Source of the DNA: Bacilli bacterium
GTDB taxonomy: Bacteria; Bacillota_I; Bacilli_A; RF39; UBA660
Reading direction: 5' to 3'
DNA: 64,000 nucleotides
NCBI GenBank assembly: GCA_017940575.1
Contig: JAGAYJ010000032.1
Location: forward strand, 11,158 to 75,157
Shown: positions 28,796-39,799 of the stretch, one piece after another
Numbering within the stretch: position 1 is the stretch's first letter
Layout: each line of letters begins with the position of its first letter
Made by a program: the position numbers and the translations under genes
The notes under the pieces: generated by a model
The model's database searches: none
Seen by the model: only the letters and a program-made list of their open reading frames with translations
What the model was told of the DNA's origin: nothing

Positions 28796-28850
28796 GCGAA
28801 TCATCTTATTATTATCTAGTTATTATGTTGGTCACTACCTGATGATTCGC
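28796..28850. repeat. 10-bp perfect inverted repeat GCGAATCATC / GATGATTCGC flanking a 35-bp AT-rich segment
   Basis: Read directly from the sequence. It shares the TCATC...GATGA core with the neighbouring hairpin. Confidence 0.85.
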
Positions 28851-28868
28851 CTTCGGGAGCAGCAATAC

Positions 28869-29798
28869 CTAAGAGCATACAGCTGCACCACCGCCAAGGA
28901 CATCGCATCCACCAACATCGTAAGCATAGACGGTCACAGTGCCATCAGAACTCGCATACGCATAGACAGAGTCGCCATAGCAGCGGACACCGTTAGAATC
29001 AACACCGCAGCTATCGTTTCCAAATGTATTTAATAATAATGTTTTATTTTGCTCAAATTTAGAAACATCTGCACTTCTCTCTAAGCAAAATTCTTGTCCA
29101 TTATTACCACATACATCAATTTCTTCTATTATCTCATTTGAATTTAATGTATGTTTTAAATAGACGTTCCAACTTGCATCTGGACTTGTCTTATAATCTA
29201 GATTTGGTGTTGTAAAATTTGATGCAACACATTCACCAGGTAGATTTGAATTATGACATTCCTCTTCTGTATTAAATGGAATATCTATATTATTATATGT
29301 AGTAAATACATATTTACTTCCCATATCTTGATTTGCATCAATTGGGTATCCTACATGTGTTGCTCCATTTACTCTGCTATATACAACGTTTGGATAACTA
29401 TTATCTACAACACAGTTATTTTCTTTAGTAGAACTTTTAATTTTATTATTCTCTACTACTACTTTATATTTTCCTATACATAAAGTAGATGATGATACTT
29501 TACCATTTGATAAGGCAACATATCCACTACTAGGAGTTTGTCCTTTTACTTTAACTCCTTTACTAATTAGTTCTGATACATTATATCTACTATTTAAATC
29601 AATTTTATTTGCCTCAGTTAGTTCATTTAACATAGCTTGTTTTTCTACAGCGTCAATCCATCCTAAAGCAGATGATTCTGCTCCTCCTTTTCTTGCTTTC
29701 TCAACAATACCTGAAATAGTTGGAACAGCAATTAAAGCAATGATTGCTAGTATTACTATTACTGCAAGTAATTCTATAAGTGTAAAACCTTTTTTCAT
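28869..29798 (-). CDS. Type IV pilin-like protein (prepilin N-terminus) with a compositionally foreign Cys/Gly-rich C-terminal tail
   Basis: MKKGFTLIELLAVIVILAIIALIAVP... The N-terminal ~60 aa are paralogous to the pilin-like gene at 47556-48017. The last ~47 codons are about 53% G+C. Confidence 0.75.
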   Translation of the reverse strand: MKKGFTLIELLAVIVILAIIALIAVPTISGIVEKARKGGAESSALGWIDAVEKQAMLNELTEANKIDLNSRYNVSELISKGVKVKGQTPSSGYVALSNGKVSSSTLCIGKYKVVVENNKIKSSTKENNCVVDNSYPNVVYSRVNGATHVGYPIDANQDMGSKYVFTTYNNIDIPFNTEEECHNSNLPGECVASNFTTPNLDYKTSPDASWNVYLKHTLNSNEIIEEIDVCGNNGQEFCLERSADVSKFEQNKTLLLNTFGNDSCGVDSNGVRCYGDSVYAYASSDGTVTVYAYDVGGCDVLGGGAAVCS

Positions 29799-29941
29799 AA
29801 ATTACCTCCTATATTTTACTAAATTAATTATATAAAAAATACCTTATATATGCAACAAAAATTTTTTTACTTTACACCCTATTTAGTCAAATATCGACAT
29901 ATATAAGATATATAATACACCTCCAAGAAAGAAGGAATATA

Positions 29942-30750
29942 ATGAATAATTTAAAAATAACAAATTCAAATTTCTAAATATTAAACATATTGATGAAAAT
30001 GGATTAGAATATTGGAATGCAAGAAAGTTAATGAAAGCTTTAGAATATACTGAATATAGAAAATTTCTACCAGTAATTAATAAAGCAATTATATCTTGCG
30101 AAAACATTAATCATAATAAAAATAACCATTTTGTTGATGTCAACAAAATGGTCAATATTGGTTCCAATACATCTAGAACAATAAAAGATTACAAGTTATC
30201 AAGATATGCCTGTTATCTTATTGCTCAAAATGCTGATTCAAGAAAAAAAGTTGTAGCTTTCGCTCAAACATACTTTGCTTATCAAACAAGAAAACAGGAA
30301 CTATTAGAACAAAACTATAATATGCTTACTGAAGAAGATAAAAGAATATTTAATAGAAAATTAACTAAAAAAGGAAACTATGAACTTAATCAAACGGCTT
30401 TAAAAGCAGGCGTTAGAAACTTTGGTAAATTCCGAAACGTTGGATATAAAGGTTTATATAATGGAGAAACTGCTGATGATATTGCAAAAAGAAAGAATCT
30501 TCATTATAGAGAAGAAATACTTGACCATATGGGAAGCGAAGAGTTAGCTGATAATTTATTTAGAATAGTTCAAACAGAATCTAAGATTAGAAATGAAAAA
30601 ATTATTGGAGAAGATAATTGTAGTAAAACACACTATGATATGGGACATAATATTAGAGAATTTATAAAAAATAATGGAGGAACTATGCCTGAGAACTTAC
30701 CTACTCCAAAGCATAGTTTAAAAGAAATAGAAAATAAAAAAGAGAGTTAA
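29942..30750 (+). pseudogene. dinD: dinD-family (DNA-damage-inducible protein D-like) gene with an N-terminal frameshift
   Basis: An ATG at 29942 with a GAAGGA RBS encodes MNNLKITNSNF, then TAA at 29975. The -1 frame continues NIKHIDENGLEYWNARKLMKALEY..., colinear with the intact paralog at 61444-62277 (MSKIILKNSIFEDIKHIDEEELEYWSARELQKVLGY). The ORF track starts only at the internal Met (30031). Confidence 0.6.
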
Positions 30751-30758
30751 TAACTCTC

Positions 30759-33700
30759 TTAGTTCATAAATTCTTCTTCAAGTACATCTAGTGGCTCTTG
30801 ATTAATTGTCTCTTCTTCTAATTCATATTCATGATTACGATATATTCTTGCACCAGTACCAGCAGGTATTAGTTTACCAATAATAACGTTTTCTTTTAGA
30901 CCATTTAAGTGATCTACTTTACCATGAATTGCAGCATCAGTTAAGATTCTAGTTGTCTCTTGGAATGATGCAGCTGATAAGAATGAATCAGTCTCTAGTG
31001 ACGCTTTAGTAATACCAAGAAGTACTAGACGTCCAGTAGCTGGATTTTTACCTTGAAGGATTAATTCTTTATTGATTTCTCTAAAGTGATTTATATTTAC
31101 CATAGTTCCTGGTAAGAATAGAGAATCACCAGAGTTAACAATCTTAATTCTTGAAATCATACGTTTAGCTATAATTTCAACGTGTTTATCTGAGATATCA
31201 ACACCTTGAGAACGATAAACTTTTTGAATTTCAGATAAAATATATTGTTGAACAGTAATTGGGTCAGTTACAACTAATAACTCTTTTGGTGAAATAGCAC
31301 CATGAGTAAGTCTTTGACCTGAAACTACTTCGTCACCCTTTTCTACAGCAAGTTTAGCGCCATAGTTAGATGTATGTTTTTTAACTTCAACATCATTTTT
31401 AACTGAAATAATAAATTTACCATTATCTTCAGTAATATCAGATACAACACCATTAATTTCTGAGATTGTAGCTTTACCTTTTGGATTACGTGCTTCGAAT
31501 AACTCTTGAACACGTGGAAGACCTTGAGTAATATCGTCTCCGGCAACACCACCTGAGTTGATAGTACGCATTGTAAGTTGGGTACCAGGTTCACCAATTG
31601 ATTGAGCAGCCATAATACCAACAGCCTCACCTATTTCAACCTCAAATCCTGTAGCTAAGTTACGTCCATAACAATGTTTACAAACACCGTCTTTAGATTT
31701 ACAAGTTAAAGCAGTTCTAATAGATACTTTTTCAATTCCAGCAGCAATTATCTTGTCAGCTAAAACTTCAGTAATGTATACATTTCTATCTGCAATAACT
31801 TCTTTAGTCTCAGGGTTAATTACTTTTTTATTTGTATATCTACCAACGATACGGTCTCTAAGTGACTCAATAACTGTACCATCAGTATTTAAGAATGCTG
31901 ATACAACAACACCTTCATCAGTACCACAATCTTCTTCTTTAACGATGATTTCTTGTGCTACATCAACAAGTCTACGAGTTAAGTAACCAGCATCTGCTGT
32001 TTTAAGGGCTGTATCAACGAAACCTTTTCTGATTGAGTGAGTACCTAAGAAGAATTCTGATACTCTTGCACCTTCAGTAAATGAAGATGTGATTGGAACT
32101 TCATCTGGTTTACCATTTGGTTTGTTCATTAAACCACGCATACCAGCCATTTGGTTGTAGTTTGACATGTTACCACGGGCACCAGAATCAATCATCATTG
32201 AAATTGGATTATCTTTATTATTTTTAATAATATCTGAAAGTTCATCTGCGATTTTAGTTCTTGCTTCATTCCATGATGCAATAACATTTTCGTATCTTTC
32301 ATCTTCAGTGATAATACCACGTTTATATTGTTTATTAATTTTAGCAACTTTTTCTCTAGCTTTAGCAAGTATCTCAGGTTTATCTTTTGACATAATAATG
32401 TCTCCAATACCAATTGAAATACCAGATAATGTAGATTCATTAAATCCTAAATCTTTCATTTTATCAAGCATAATTGATGTTTCAGTTGTTTGATAACGTT
32501 TATAGATTTGAGCGATTAACTTAGTTAATACTTTCTTACCGAATGGTTTAACTATAGGCATTTCAGCTATTGCAGCTTTAATATCAGTTCCCATAGGTAA
32601 GAAATATTTGCTAGGTGTTACACCTTCAATGTTTTCTTTTTCACCTTCATTGATATATTGGAATGTATCAGGGAAAATTTCATTGAATTTTAACTTACCA
32701 ACTGTAGTTACTAAATATTTATCTTTTTGTTCTTCTGTAAATAATTTATGTTTAAATCCTCTAACTGGGATTGCAATTCTTGCATGTTGAGTAATTTCAC
32801 GTCTTTCTAAAGCCATTAATGCTTCGTTAGGATCTTTAAATACTCTACCTTCACCTTTATCTCCAGCTTTTTCAATAGTAATATAATAGTTACCTAAGAT
32901 CATATCTTGTCCTGGAGTAACAATTGGATTACCATCAGATGGTTTTAGGATGTTGTTAGCACCTAACATAAGTATTCTAGCTTCTGCTTGTGCTTCTTCA
33001 CTAATTGGAACGTGTACTGCCATTTGGTCTCCATCGAAGTCGGCATTGAATGCTGTACATACAAGTGGATGAAGTCTGATTGCACGTCCATTAACTAATT
33101 TTGGTTCAAATGCTTGAATACCAAGTCTATGAAGTGTTGGAGCACGGTTTAACATAACTGGATGTTCTTTTATTTTTTCCTCAACAATATCCCAAACTCT
33201 TGGATCTTGATTTTCAATCATACGTTTTGCAGCTTTAATATTAGATGCTATTTCTTTTGATACTAAACCATTAATAATATATGGTTTAAATAGTTCTACA
33301 GCCATCTCTCTTGGAATACCACACTCATACATTTTTAAGTTTGGTCCAACAACGATAACTGAACGACCTGAGTAGTCAACACGTTTACCAAGTAAGTTTT
33401 GACGGAAACGTCCTTGTTTACCTTTTAACATGCTAGATAATGATTTTAAAGGTCTATTTCCAGCACCAGTAACATTTCTACCACGTCTACCATTATCAAA
33501 TAATGCATCTACTGCTTCTTGAAGCATACGTTTTTCATTTTGAATAATAATAGATGGAGCACCTAATTCCATTAACTTTTTAAGACGGTTATTACGGTTA
33601 ATAACTCTTCTATATAAGTCATTTAAATCAGATGATGCAAATCTACCACCATCAAGTTGAATCATTGGTCTTAACTCTGGTGGAATAACTGGAAGTACAT

Positions 33701-34391
33701 CCATAATCATCCATTCAGGTTTATTACCAGATTCTAAGAATGCATCAAGTACATCTAAACGTTTAATTAAACGAATTCTTTTTTGACTTGAAGAATCTTT
33801 AATTTCATCTATTTCTTTTTTAATTTCAGCTACTTCTTTTTCTAGATCAACTTGTTGTAATAACTCTTTAATAGCCTCAGCACCCATACCTACTCTAAAT
33901 GTGTTTCCATATTTTTCATAATAAGCACGGTATTCTTTATCAGAAATAGTTTGTTTTTTCTCTAGAGGAGCACTACCTGGATCTAGTACTACGTAAGATA
34001 CGAAGTATAAAACTTCCTCTAAGTCTCTTGGAGACATATCTAGTACAAATCCCATACGTGAAGGAATTCCTTTAAAGAACCAAATGTGTGATACTGGAGT
34101 AGCAAGTTCGATGTGACCCATACGTTCACGACGAACTTTAGCTCTAGTTACTTCTACTCCACATCTATCACAAACGATATTTTTATATCTAAGTCTCTTG
34201 TACTTACCACAGCTACATTCATAGTCTTTAGTAGGTCCAAAGATTTTTTCACAGAATAAACCATCTCTTTCTGGTTTTAAAGTACGATAGTTTATTGTTT
34301 CTGCTTTTTTAACTTCTCCATGTGACCATTCACGGATTTTTTCAGGAGAGGCTATTGATATTCTTAAACCTTCAATATTATTTACGTCCAT
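30759..34391 (-). CDS. rpoC: DNA-directed RNA polymerase subunit beta'
   Basis: 1210 aa. [12 protein letters not shown] catalytic motif and an N-terminal Zn-binding Cys cluster. Confidence 0.97.
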   Translation of the reverse strand: MDVNNIEGLRISIASPEKIREWSHGEVKKAETINYRTLKPERDGLFCEKIFGPTKDYECSCGKYKRLRYKNIVCDRCGVEVTRAKVRRERMGHIELATPVSHIWFFKGIPSRMGFVLDMSPRDLEEVLYFVSYVVLDPGSAPLEKKQTISDKEYRAYYEKYGNTFRVGMGAEAIKELLQQVDLEKEVAEIKKEIDEIKDSSSQKRIRLIKRLDVLDAFLESGNKPEWMIMDVLPVIPPELRPMIQLDGGRFASSDLNDLYRRVINRNNRLKKLMELGAPSIIIQNEKRMLQEAVDALFDNGRRGRNVTGAGNRPLKSLSSMLKGKQGRFRQNLLGKRVDYSGRSVIVVGPNLKMYECGIPREMAVELFKPYIINGLVSKEIASNIKAAKRMIENQDPRVWDIVEEKIKEHPVMLNRAPTLHRLGIQAFEPKLVNGRAIRLHPLVCTAFNADFDGDQMAVHVPISEEAQAEARILMLGANNILKPSDGNPIVTPGQDMILGNYYITIEKAGDKGEGRVFKDPNEALMALERREITQHARIAIPVRGFKHKLFTEEQKDKYLVTTVGKLKFNEIFPDTFQYINEGEKENIEGVTPSKYFLPMGTDIKAAIAEMPIVKPFGKKVLTKLIAQIYKRYQTTETSIMLDKMKDLGFNESTLSGISIGIGDIIMSKDKPEILAKAREKVAKINKQYKRGIITEDERYENVIASWNEARTKIADELSDIIKNNKDNPISMMIDSGARGNMSNYNQMAGMRGLMNKPNGKPDEVPITSSFTEGARVSEFFLGTHSIRKGFVDTALKTADAGYLTRRLVDVAQEIIVKEEDCGTDEGVVVSAFLNTDGTVIESLRDRIVGRYTNKKVINPETKEVIADRNVYITEVLADKIIAAGIEKVSIRTALTCKSKDGVCKHCYGRNLATGFEVEIGEAVGIMAAQSIGEPGTQLTMRTINSGGVAGDDITQGLPRVQELFEARNPKGKATISEINGVVSDITEDNGKFIISVKNDVEVKKHTSNYGAKLAVEKGDEVVSGQRLTHGAISPKELLVVTDPITVQQYILSEIQKVYRSQGVDISDKHVEIIAKRMISRIKIVNSGDSLFLPGTMVNINHFREINKELILQGKNPATGRLVLLGITKASLETDSFLSAASFQETTRILTDAAIHGKVDHLNGLKENVIIGKLIPAGTGARIYRNHEYELEEETINQEPLDVLEEEFMN

Positions 34392-34392
34392 A

Positions 34393-37300
34393 TTATTCCT
34401 CTCCTTCCATTGCTTCTAATTCATCAAGTGGTGCATCTTCAATGCTATCTAAATCATTATCAAATTCATCACTTTCATCTTCAGTAACTTCTTCAGTTGG
34501 TTCCTCAACTTCTAAATCAGTAGGAGCATCAGCTAATAATGCTTCATCTTCCTCTTCTTCCACTTCTTTAAAGTCTACAAATTCACCTTCTGAATTAAGT
34601 ACTGTTATATCAAGACCTAATGCTTGGAATTCTTTAATTAATACTCTAAAGCTTTCAGGTACGCCAGATTTTGGAAGTGGTACACCTTTAACTAAAGCTT
34701 CATAAGCACGTACACGTCCAACAACGTCATCTGATTTAATAGTCATCATCTCTTGTAGGATATGAGCAGCACCATATGCATAAAGTGCCCAAACTTCCAT
34801 TTCACCGAATCTTTGACCACCAAATTGTGCTTTACCACCAAGAGGTTGTTGTGTAACAAGTGAATAAGGACCTGTTGATCTTGCATGTAATTTATCATCA
34901 ACCATGTGGTTAAGTTTGATAAAGTACATAACACCAACACTTATTCTATTATCGAAAGGTAATCCTGTTCTACCATCATATAATACAGATTTACCATCTT
35001 CAGATACACCTGCTTCTTTTAGAGCATCAACGATTTCATCTACATTAGCACCATCAAATACTGGTGTTGCCATATATACGCCTAACTCTTTAGCAGCCAT
35101 ACCTAAGTGCATTTCTAAGATTTGTCCTAAGTTCATACGAGATGGAACTCCAAGTGGGTTAAGTAAGATATCAACTGGTTTACCATTTGGTAAGTATGGC
35201 ATATCTTCTTCAGGAAGTACTAAAGATACAACACCTTTGTTACCATGACGTCCAGCCATCTTATCTCCAACTGTGATCTTACGTTTTTGTGCGATATATA
35301 CACGAACTATTTTAGATACACCAGCTGGAAGTTCATCAGAATCTTCTTTAGTGAATATTTTAACATCGTGAACAATTCCTGCTCCACCATTTGGAACACG
35401 AAGTGATGTATCTCTAACTTCACGAGTTTTTTCGCCGAATATTGCATGTAATAATTTTTCTTCTGAAGTAAGTTCAGCCATTCCTTTTGGAGTAACTTTA
35501 CCTACTAAGATATCATCTGGTTTTACTTCTGTACCAATTCTTACAATACCGTTTTCATCTAAGTTTTTACGAGCTTCTTCACCAACATTTGGAATATCAC
35601 GAGTAAACTCTTCTGTACCTAGTTTAGTATCACGGCATTCGATTTGATAGTCTTCTATATGAATTGATGTATAAACATCATCTTTAACTAATCTTTCATT
35701 TAGGATAACAGCATCCTCATAGTTATAACCATTAAAGTTCATGAATGCGACAGTAACGTTTTTACCTAAAGCCATTTCACCTTTATCAGTTGATGGACCA
35801 TCAGCAATAACTTGTCCAGCTTTAACAGCATCATTTTTTCTAACGATTGGAACTTGATGATAACATGTACCTGCATTTGAACGTTCAAAACCATTTAAGT
35901 AATATGTATCCATACCACCTTTAGTTTTAACAACAATCTTTTTAGCATCTACATAATCAACTATACCATCAGCATTAGATATAACTACTGCTCCTGAATC
36001 ACGTGCTGCAATAGCCTCAACTCCAGTTCCTACAAGTGGAGCTTCTGCTTTTAAAAGTGGGATTGCTTGACGTTGCATGTTAGCACCCATTAGAGCACGT
36101 TTACCATCATCGTGTTCAAGGAATGGAATACCTTGAGTTGCGATTGATACAACTTGTTGTGGTGAAACATCCATGTAATCAACTTTTTCTGATTCAATCA
36201 TGATATTTTCTCCACGATATCTAACTGGAACTTCTTCATCTACTATTACATCATCTTTAATGTTAACAGCAGCTTGTGAAATATAATAATCTGCTTCTTC
36301 ATCAGCTGTCATATAAACAACTTCATCAGTTAATTTCTTATTATCAATTTTTCTATATGGAGTCATAATAAATCCATATTCATCTATTTTAGCATAACTT
36401 GATAACTGAGTAATAAGACCGATATTAGGTCCTTCTGGAGATTCTACTGGACAAAGTCTTCCGTAGTGTGAAACGTTAACGTCACGTACGTCGATTCCTG
36501 CTCTATCACGAGAAAGTCCTCCAGGTCCTAAAGAAGAAAGTCTTCTTTTATTTGAAAGTTCTGCAACTGGGTTAATTTGATCCATGAATTGTGAAAGTTG
36601 TGATGAACCAAAGAACTCTTTAATTGAAGCAGTAAGTGGTCTAATGTTGATTAATGTCTTAGGTGTTACTTCAGTTATTTCTTGAGTACTCATACGGTCA
36701 CGAATAACTCTTTCAATTCTTGAAATACCAATTCTAAATTGATTTTGTAATAATTCACCAACTTGACGTACACGTCTATTAGATAAGTGGTCAATTTCAT
36801 CAAATGAACCAATTCCTTCAAGTAAGTTTAAGTAATAAGATACTGATGCATATACATCTGAGATAGTAAGTCTTTTTATATCAGTTGTATAATCATTACC
36901 TATAACTCTAACAACTTTTGTTGGATCTAATTTAGAATATACTTTAACCATTTGAACTTTATTATAAGTATCAAGTTCATTATTGATTAATACTTCTTTT
37001 ACACCATATCCATCATTGAATACTGGTTTTAATTTTTCTAGTAACTCTTTAGTTACAACGTCACCAATAGATGCTACAACTTCGCTTCCAACTTTAATAT
37101 CTTCAGCAAGTGTACATCCAAGAAGTCTATCTGTAACATTAAGTTTACGGTTAAATTTATATCTACCTACTTTAGCTAAATCATATCTAAATGCATCAAA
37201 AAATCTTGTGATTAATTGGTTTTTAGCTGAATCTAGTGTAGATGGTTCACCAGGTCTTAATTTTGAATGAATTTCAATTAAAGCCTCGTCAGTATTTTTA

Positions 37301-37977
37301 TTTGCATCTTTAGCAATAGTGTTTTTAATATATTCATTATCACCAAATAAATCTAGAATATCCTCATCACTTGATAATCCTAGTGCTCTAAGTAGTGTTG
37401 TGATAGGTACTTTTCTAGTACGGTCAATTCTAACATGAATTACATTTCTAGCGTCTAATTCATATTCAAGCCAAGTACCACGTGTAGGTATTATTTGACT
37501 TGTAATAACTTTACGACCATTTTTGTCTATTTCACTACCAAAATAAACAGATGGTGATCTAACTAATTGAGATACGATAACTCTCTCAGCACCATTGATA
37601 ACAAATGTACCTGATTCAGTCATGACAGGCATATCTCCAAGATAAATTTCTTGTTCTTTAACTTCACCTGTTTCATGATTAAATAGTCTTGCTTCAACCT
37701 TTAAAGGTGCTGCATAAGTCGCATATCTGTCTTTACAGTCTTTGATAGAATATCTTGGTTGTTCAAAATGATATTCACCAAAATCAAGTGATAAATTTCC
37801 AGTAAAGCTTTCAACTGGAAAAATATCTTTGAAAACTTCTTCAATTCCTTCTGTTAAAAATAAATCATATGATTTTTTTTGAATCTCAAGTAAGTTTCCT
37901 AATTCAATTGCATTTTTTGTTTTTGCGTAGTTTCTTCTTTCACGATAATCGCCAAATTTTTTAACTGTATAAGCCAC
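34393..37977 (-). CDS. rpoB: DNA-directed RNA polymerase subunit beta (acidic C-terminal tail)
   Basis: Conserved throughout (e.g. [13 protein letters not shown]). The likely start is the GTG at 37977 ([17 protein letters not shown]) behind a GGGGTGA RBS. The ORF-track TTG start at 38058 reads through the promoter region. Confidence 0.96.
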   Translation of the reverse strand: MAYTVKKFGDYRERRNYAKTKNAIELGNLLEIQKKSYDLFLTEGIEEVFKDIFPVESFTGNLSLDFGEYHFEQPRYSIKDCKDRYATYAAPLKVEARLFNHETGEVKEQEIYLGDMPVMTESGTFVINGAERVIVSQLVRSPSVYFGSEIDKNGRKVITSQIIPTRGTWLEYELDARNVIHVRIDRTRKVPITTLLRALGLSSDEDILDLFGDNEYIKNTIAKDANKNTDEALIEIHSKLRPGEPSTLDSAKNQLITRFFDAFRYDLAKVGRYKFNRKLNVTDRLLGCTLAEDIKVGSEVVASIGDVVTKELLEKLKPVFNDGYGVKEVLINNELDTYNKVQMVKVYSKLDPTKVVRVIGNDYTTDIKRLTISDVYASVSYYLNLLEGIGSFDEIDHLSNRRVRQVGELLQNQFRIGISRIERVIRDRMSTQEITEVTPKTLINIRPLTASIKEFFGSSQLSQFMDQINPVAELSNKRRLSSLGPGGLSRDRAGIDVRDVNVSHYGRLCPVESPEGPNIGLITQLSSYAKIDEYGFIMTPYRKIDNKKLTDEVVYMTADEEADYYISQAAVNIKDDVIVDEEVPVRYRGENIMIESEKVDYMDVSPQQVVSIATQGIPFLEHDDGKRALMGANMQRQAIPLLKAEAPLVGTGVEAIAARDSGAVVISNADGIVDYVDAKKIVVKTKGGMDTYYLNGFERSNAGTCYHQVPIVRKNDAVKAGQVIADGPSTDKGEMALGKNVTVAFMNFNGYNYEDAVILNERLVKDDVYTSIHIEDYQIECRDTKLGTEEFTRDIPNVGEEARKNLDENGIVRIGTEVKPDDILVGKVTPKGMAELTSEEKLLHAIFGEKTREVRDTSLRVPNGGAGIVHDVKIFTKEDSDELPAGVSKIVRVYIAQKRKITVGDKMAGRHGNKGVVSLVLPEEDMPYLPNGKPVDILLNPLGVPSRMNLGQILEMHLGMAAKELGVYMATPVFDGANVDEIVDALKEAGVSEDGKSVLYDGRTGLPFDNRISVGVMYFIKLNHMVDDKLHARSTGPYSLVTQQPLGGKAQFGGQRFGEMEVWALYAYGAAHILQEMMTIKSDDVVGRVRAYEALVKGVPLPKSGVPESFRVLIKEFQALGLDITVLNSEGEFVDFKEVEEEEDEALLADAPTDLEVEEPTEEVTEDESDEFDNDLDSIEDAPLDELEAMEGEE

Positions 37978-38073
37978 TCTTTCACCCCTATGTACTAAAT
38001 TTTTCATCGGAACATAACTTAAATGCAAAGTGTATGCGTCAATATATAATTTTATCAAACACTAAGCAATAAG

Positions 38074-38661
38074 TCAATGTTTAGAAGCACAAATAATGTA
38101 AAAACCTTTATTTTTATTTACTATTTCAACTTTATATTCTAACTCTAGATCTTTAGCCACACTTTTAGCCCCTTGATCTTTATTTATAACAATCCAAAGT
38201 TGACCATTTTCTTTTAAATAATCTTTTGCTTTAAATAATATTTCATATAATATTTTTTTACCAACTCTAATTGGTGGATTGGATATAATATAGTCAAATG
38301 ATTTATCAACATTTTCATATAAATTACTTTCTCTTATATCAACATCAACATTATTTAATTTAGCATTTTTAAGCGCTAAATCAACACTTCTTTTATTAAT
38401 ATCTATCATAGTAACTGATGCATTAGTTACTTTTTTTATATATATACCAATAGGACCATATCCACATCCAAAATCTAATATATCACCTTTTATATTTTCT
38501 AAATCTAAACTACTTAAGAGTGTCCTTGTTCCGAAATCTAGTTTATTTTTTGAAAATACCCCGTTATCAGTGATTAATTTAAGTTTTGTTCCATTTATAT
38601 CAACAATTATTTCTTTTTCCTTACTTTTCAAATCTTTATCATATTCAAAATAATGTGCCAT
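38074..38661 (-). CDS. Class I SAM-dependent methyltransferase (RsmC/YbxB-like)
   Basis: 195 aa. DFGCGYGPIG SAM motif and NPPIR. Its position between rplL and rpoB matches B. subtilis ybxB. Confidence 0.8.
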   Translation of the reverse strand: MAHYFEYDKDLKSKEKEIIVDINGTKLKLITDNGVFSKNKLDFGTRTLLSSLDLENIKGDILDFGCGYGPIGIYIKKVTNASVTMIDINKRSVDLALKNAKLNNVDVDIRESNLYENVDKSFDYIISNPPIRVGKKILYEILFKAKDYLKENGQLWIVINKDQGAKSVAKDLELEYKVEIVNKNKGFYIICASKH

Positions 38662-38726
38662 AATATGTCCTTTTCTAAATACGACGAAAGCCCATACAGT
38701 TCATGTATAGGCTAAAGCGTCATAAA

Positions 38727-39095
38727 TTATTTAACTTCGATAGTAGCGCCAGCTTCTTCGAATTTAGCTTTTAATTCATTAGCTTCATCAGTAGAAATGT
38801 TTTCTTTGATAACTCCACCGTTATCAGCGATGTCTTTAGCTTCTTTTAATCCTAATCCAGTAGCTTCTCTAACTAATTTAATAACTGGAAGTTTGTTTGC
38901 ACCAGCATTAACTAAAGTTACAGTAACTGTAGAAGGTCCTTCTTCAGCAGCAGCTTGAGCAGGAGCAGCAGCAACAGCTACAGCACTTGGATCAACACCA
39001 AATTCTTCTTTCATTGCATCTACTAATTCTTTAATTTCTAATATAGTCATTTCTTTTAATCCACTAATAAATTCATCTTTTGTAAATTTTGCCAT
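38727..39095 (-). CDS. rplL: 50S ribosomal protein L7/L12
   Basis: MAKFTKDEFISGLKEMTILEIKELV... The start is at the second Met, behind AAGGAGG. Confidence 0.95.
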   Translation of the reverse strand: MAKFTKDEFISGLKEMTILEIKELVDAMKEEFGVDPSAVAVAAAPAQAAAEEGPSTVTVTLVNAGANKLPVIKLVREATGLGLKEAKDIADNGGVIKENISTDEANELKAKFEEAGATIEVK

Positions 39096-39134
39096 TTTAT
39101 ATTCCTCCTTCATAATTTATAAAATTTAACTTAA

Positions 39135-39629
39135 TTATTTTTCTTCTAGTTGTTTACCATATAGGTCTAAACAAATTGATAAGTCGCGAACTGTACCCAT
39201 AAGTCCACCAGCAAGCATTGTAAGTAATCCTTCTCTTGATGGAATTGAAGCAAGTTCAGCAAGTTTTGCTGAGTCAACAACGTCACCGTTAACAACACCA
39301 GCTTTTATTTCTAATGCTTTATGCTTTTTAGCGAAATCGCTTAAGATTTTAACAGGAGCGATTTCATCTTTACCAAAAGCAATAGCCTTAGGTCCATTTA
39401 AGTGTTCATTTAAATCAATATTAATTGATTCAAGTGCTCTTTTTGTTAATGTATTTTTGTATACTTTGAATTCAGAGTCAGATTCTCTTAAAGCTCTTCT
39501 AAGTTCATTAGTTTCACTAACTGTAAGTCCACGATATTCAAATAATACGTAGCTTGCTGAATCTTTAAGTTTACTAGCTATCTCATTAACAACTTCTTGT
39601 TTTTTCTCAATGATTTTTTGATTAGCCAC
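39135..39629 (-). CDS. rplJ: 50S ribosomal protein L10
   Basis: 164 aa with a GTG start behind AGGAGG. Typical L10 sequence and position. Confidence 0.95.
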   Translation of the reverse strand: MANQKIIEKKQEVVNEIASKLKDSASYVLFEYRGLTVSETNELRRALRESDSEFKVYKNTLTKRALESINIDLNEHLNGPKAIAFGKDEIAPVKILSDFAKKHKALEIKAGVVNGDVVDSAKLAELASIPSREGLLTMLAGGLMGTVRDLSICLDLYGKQLEEK

Positions 39630-39764
39630 TATTACACCTCCTTATGAATTCCGTAAAAAGCCCCTACTAAACATAGTAAGGGCCGAAAAGACTTATATAT
39701 AAGTTCCTCGGTAGGATATTAAGCATACGCCCCTACTGTCTACGGTACAATATTTCTCAAAAAC
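39630..39764 (-). promoter_or_regulatory. rplJ (L10) leader RNA with an attenuator-type terminator
   Basis: The structured leader contains CCGUAGACAGUAGGGG...CCUACCGAGG, then a 9-bp hairpin CCCUUACUA/UAGUAGGGG followed by CUUUUU. The upstream segment AGUAGGGGCG could pair alternatively. The position matches the known Firmicute L10 leader. Confidence 0.55.
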
Positions 39765-39770
39765 ATATTA

Positions 39771-39799
39771 ATTATATCATACTTTTAATTACATGTCAA
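39771..39799 (-). promoter_or_regulatory. Consensus promoter for rplJL embedded in the end of rplA
   Basis: TTGACA-17 nt-TATAAT. The -35 element lies within the last rplA codons (tTTGACAtgtaa). Confidence 0.6.

Noticed and set aside
28796-28850. The 10-bp inverted repeats as an invertible promoter switch for the pilin-like gene.
   Set aside because: The enclosed segment is only 35 bp. That is too short to hold a full promoter with reasonable hexamers, and much shorter than known invertons. No recombinase gene is nearby.
28711-29025. Calling the GC-rich pilin tail a bona fide diversity-generating retroelement (DGR) variable region.
   Set aside because: A DGR needs a reverse transcriptase and a template repeat. 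No RT-like ORF appears in the six-frame track. I compared the tail with its own 3' flank and found no adenine-specific pattern, and I found no second copy of the tail in the 64 kb. It is kept only as one hypothesis within the composition finding.
28794-29033. Plus-strand 79-aa ORF from the ORF track.
   Set aside because: It lies entirely antisense to the GC-rich end of the pilin-like gene, where the elevated GC lowers stop-codon frequency. It has no RBS and no recognisable motif.
26912-30750. tRNA-Ser as the attachment site of an integrated island carrying the pilin/NrtR/TA/dinD genes.
   Set aside because: There is no integrase and no direct repeat of the tRNA 3' end anywhere in the window. 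The accessory genes also lie on the 5' side of the tRNA rather than at its 3' end.
31343-37270. Multiple 60-127-aa ORFs inside or antisense to rpoC and rpoB (for example 31343-31630, 31753-31986, 32167-32493, 34322-34705, 34904-35248, 36983-37270).
   Set aside because: They are shadow frames of two highly conserved long genes. They have low-complexity S/L-rich translations and no RBS. The same reasoning applies to other shadow ORFs: 3431-3616, 5125-5316, 5780-6067, 6427-6624, 8501-8785, 17154-17345, 20787-20987, 22488-22679, 24675-24857, 25614-25808, 26989-27216, 29253-29483, 29883-30107, 42257-42529, 44344-44622, 46906-47130, 49207-49494, 51372-51578, 51909-52118, 52572-52823, 54590-54796, 57183-57374, 59020-59355 and 63135-63419.
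37978-38058. N-terminal extensions offered by the ORF track: rpo[10 protein letters not shown]..., mraZ MDESGKKW..., rplK MFFV, rplL MKEEYK, secE MEKSMKGDL, lexA MILYTCKLKKEVY, NrtR-like MTKYVYLY..., ftsW MERKRYSK..., AI-2E MFILTFFF..., truB MNIRIFN.
   Set aside because: In each case the extension starts at an alternative or upstream codon that lies inside a promoter hexamer, an RBS or the preceding gene. A downstream start with a proper Shine-Dalgarno sequence reproduces the conserved family N-terminus.
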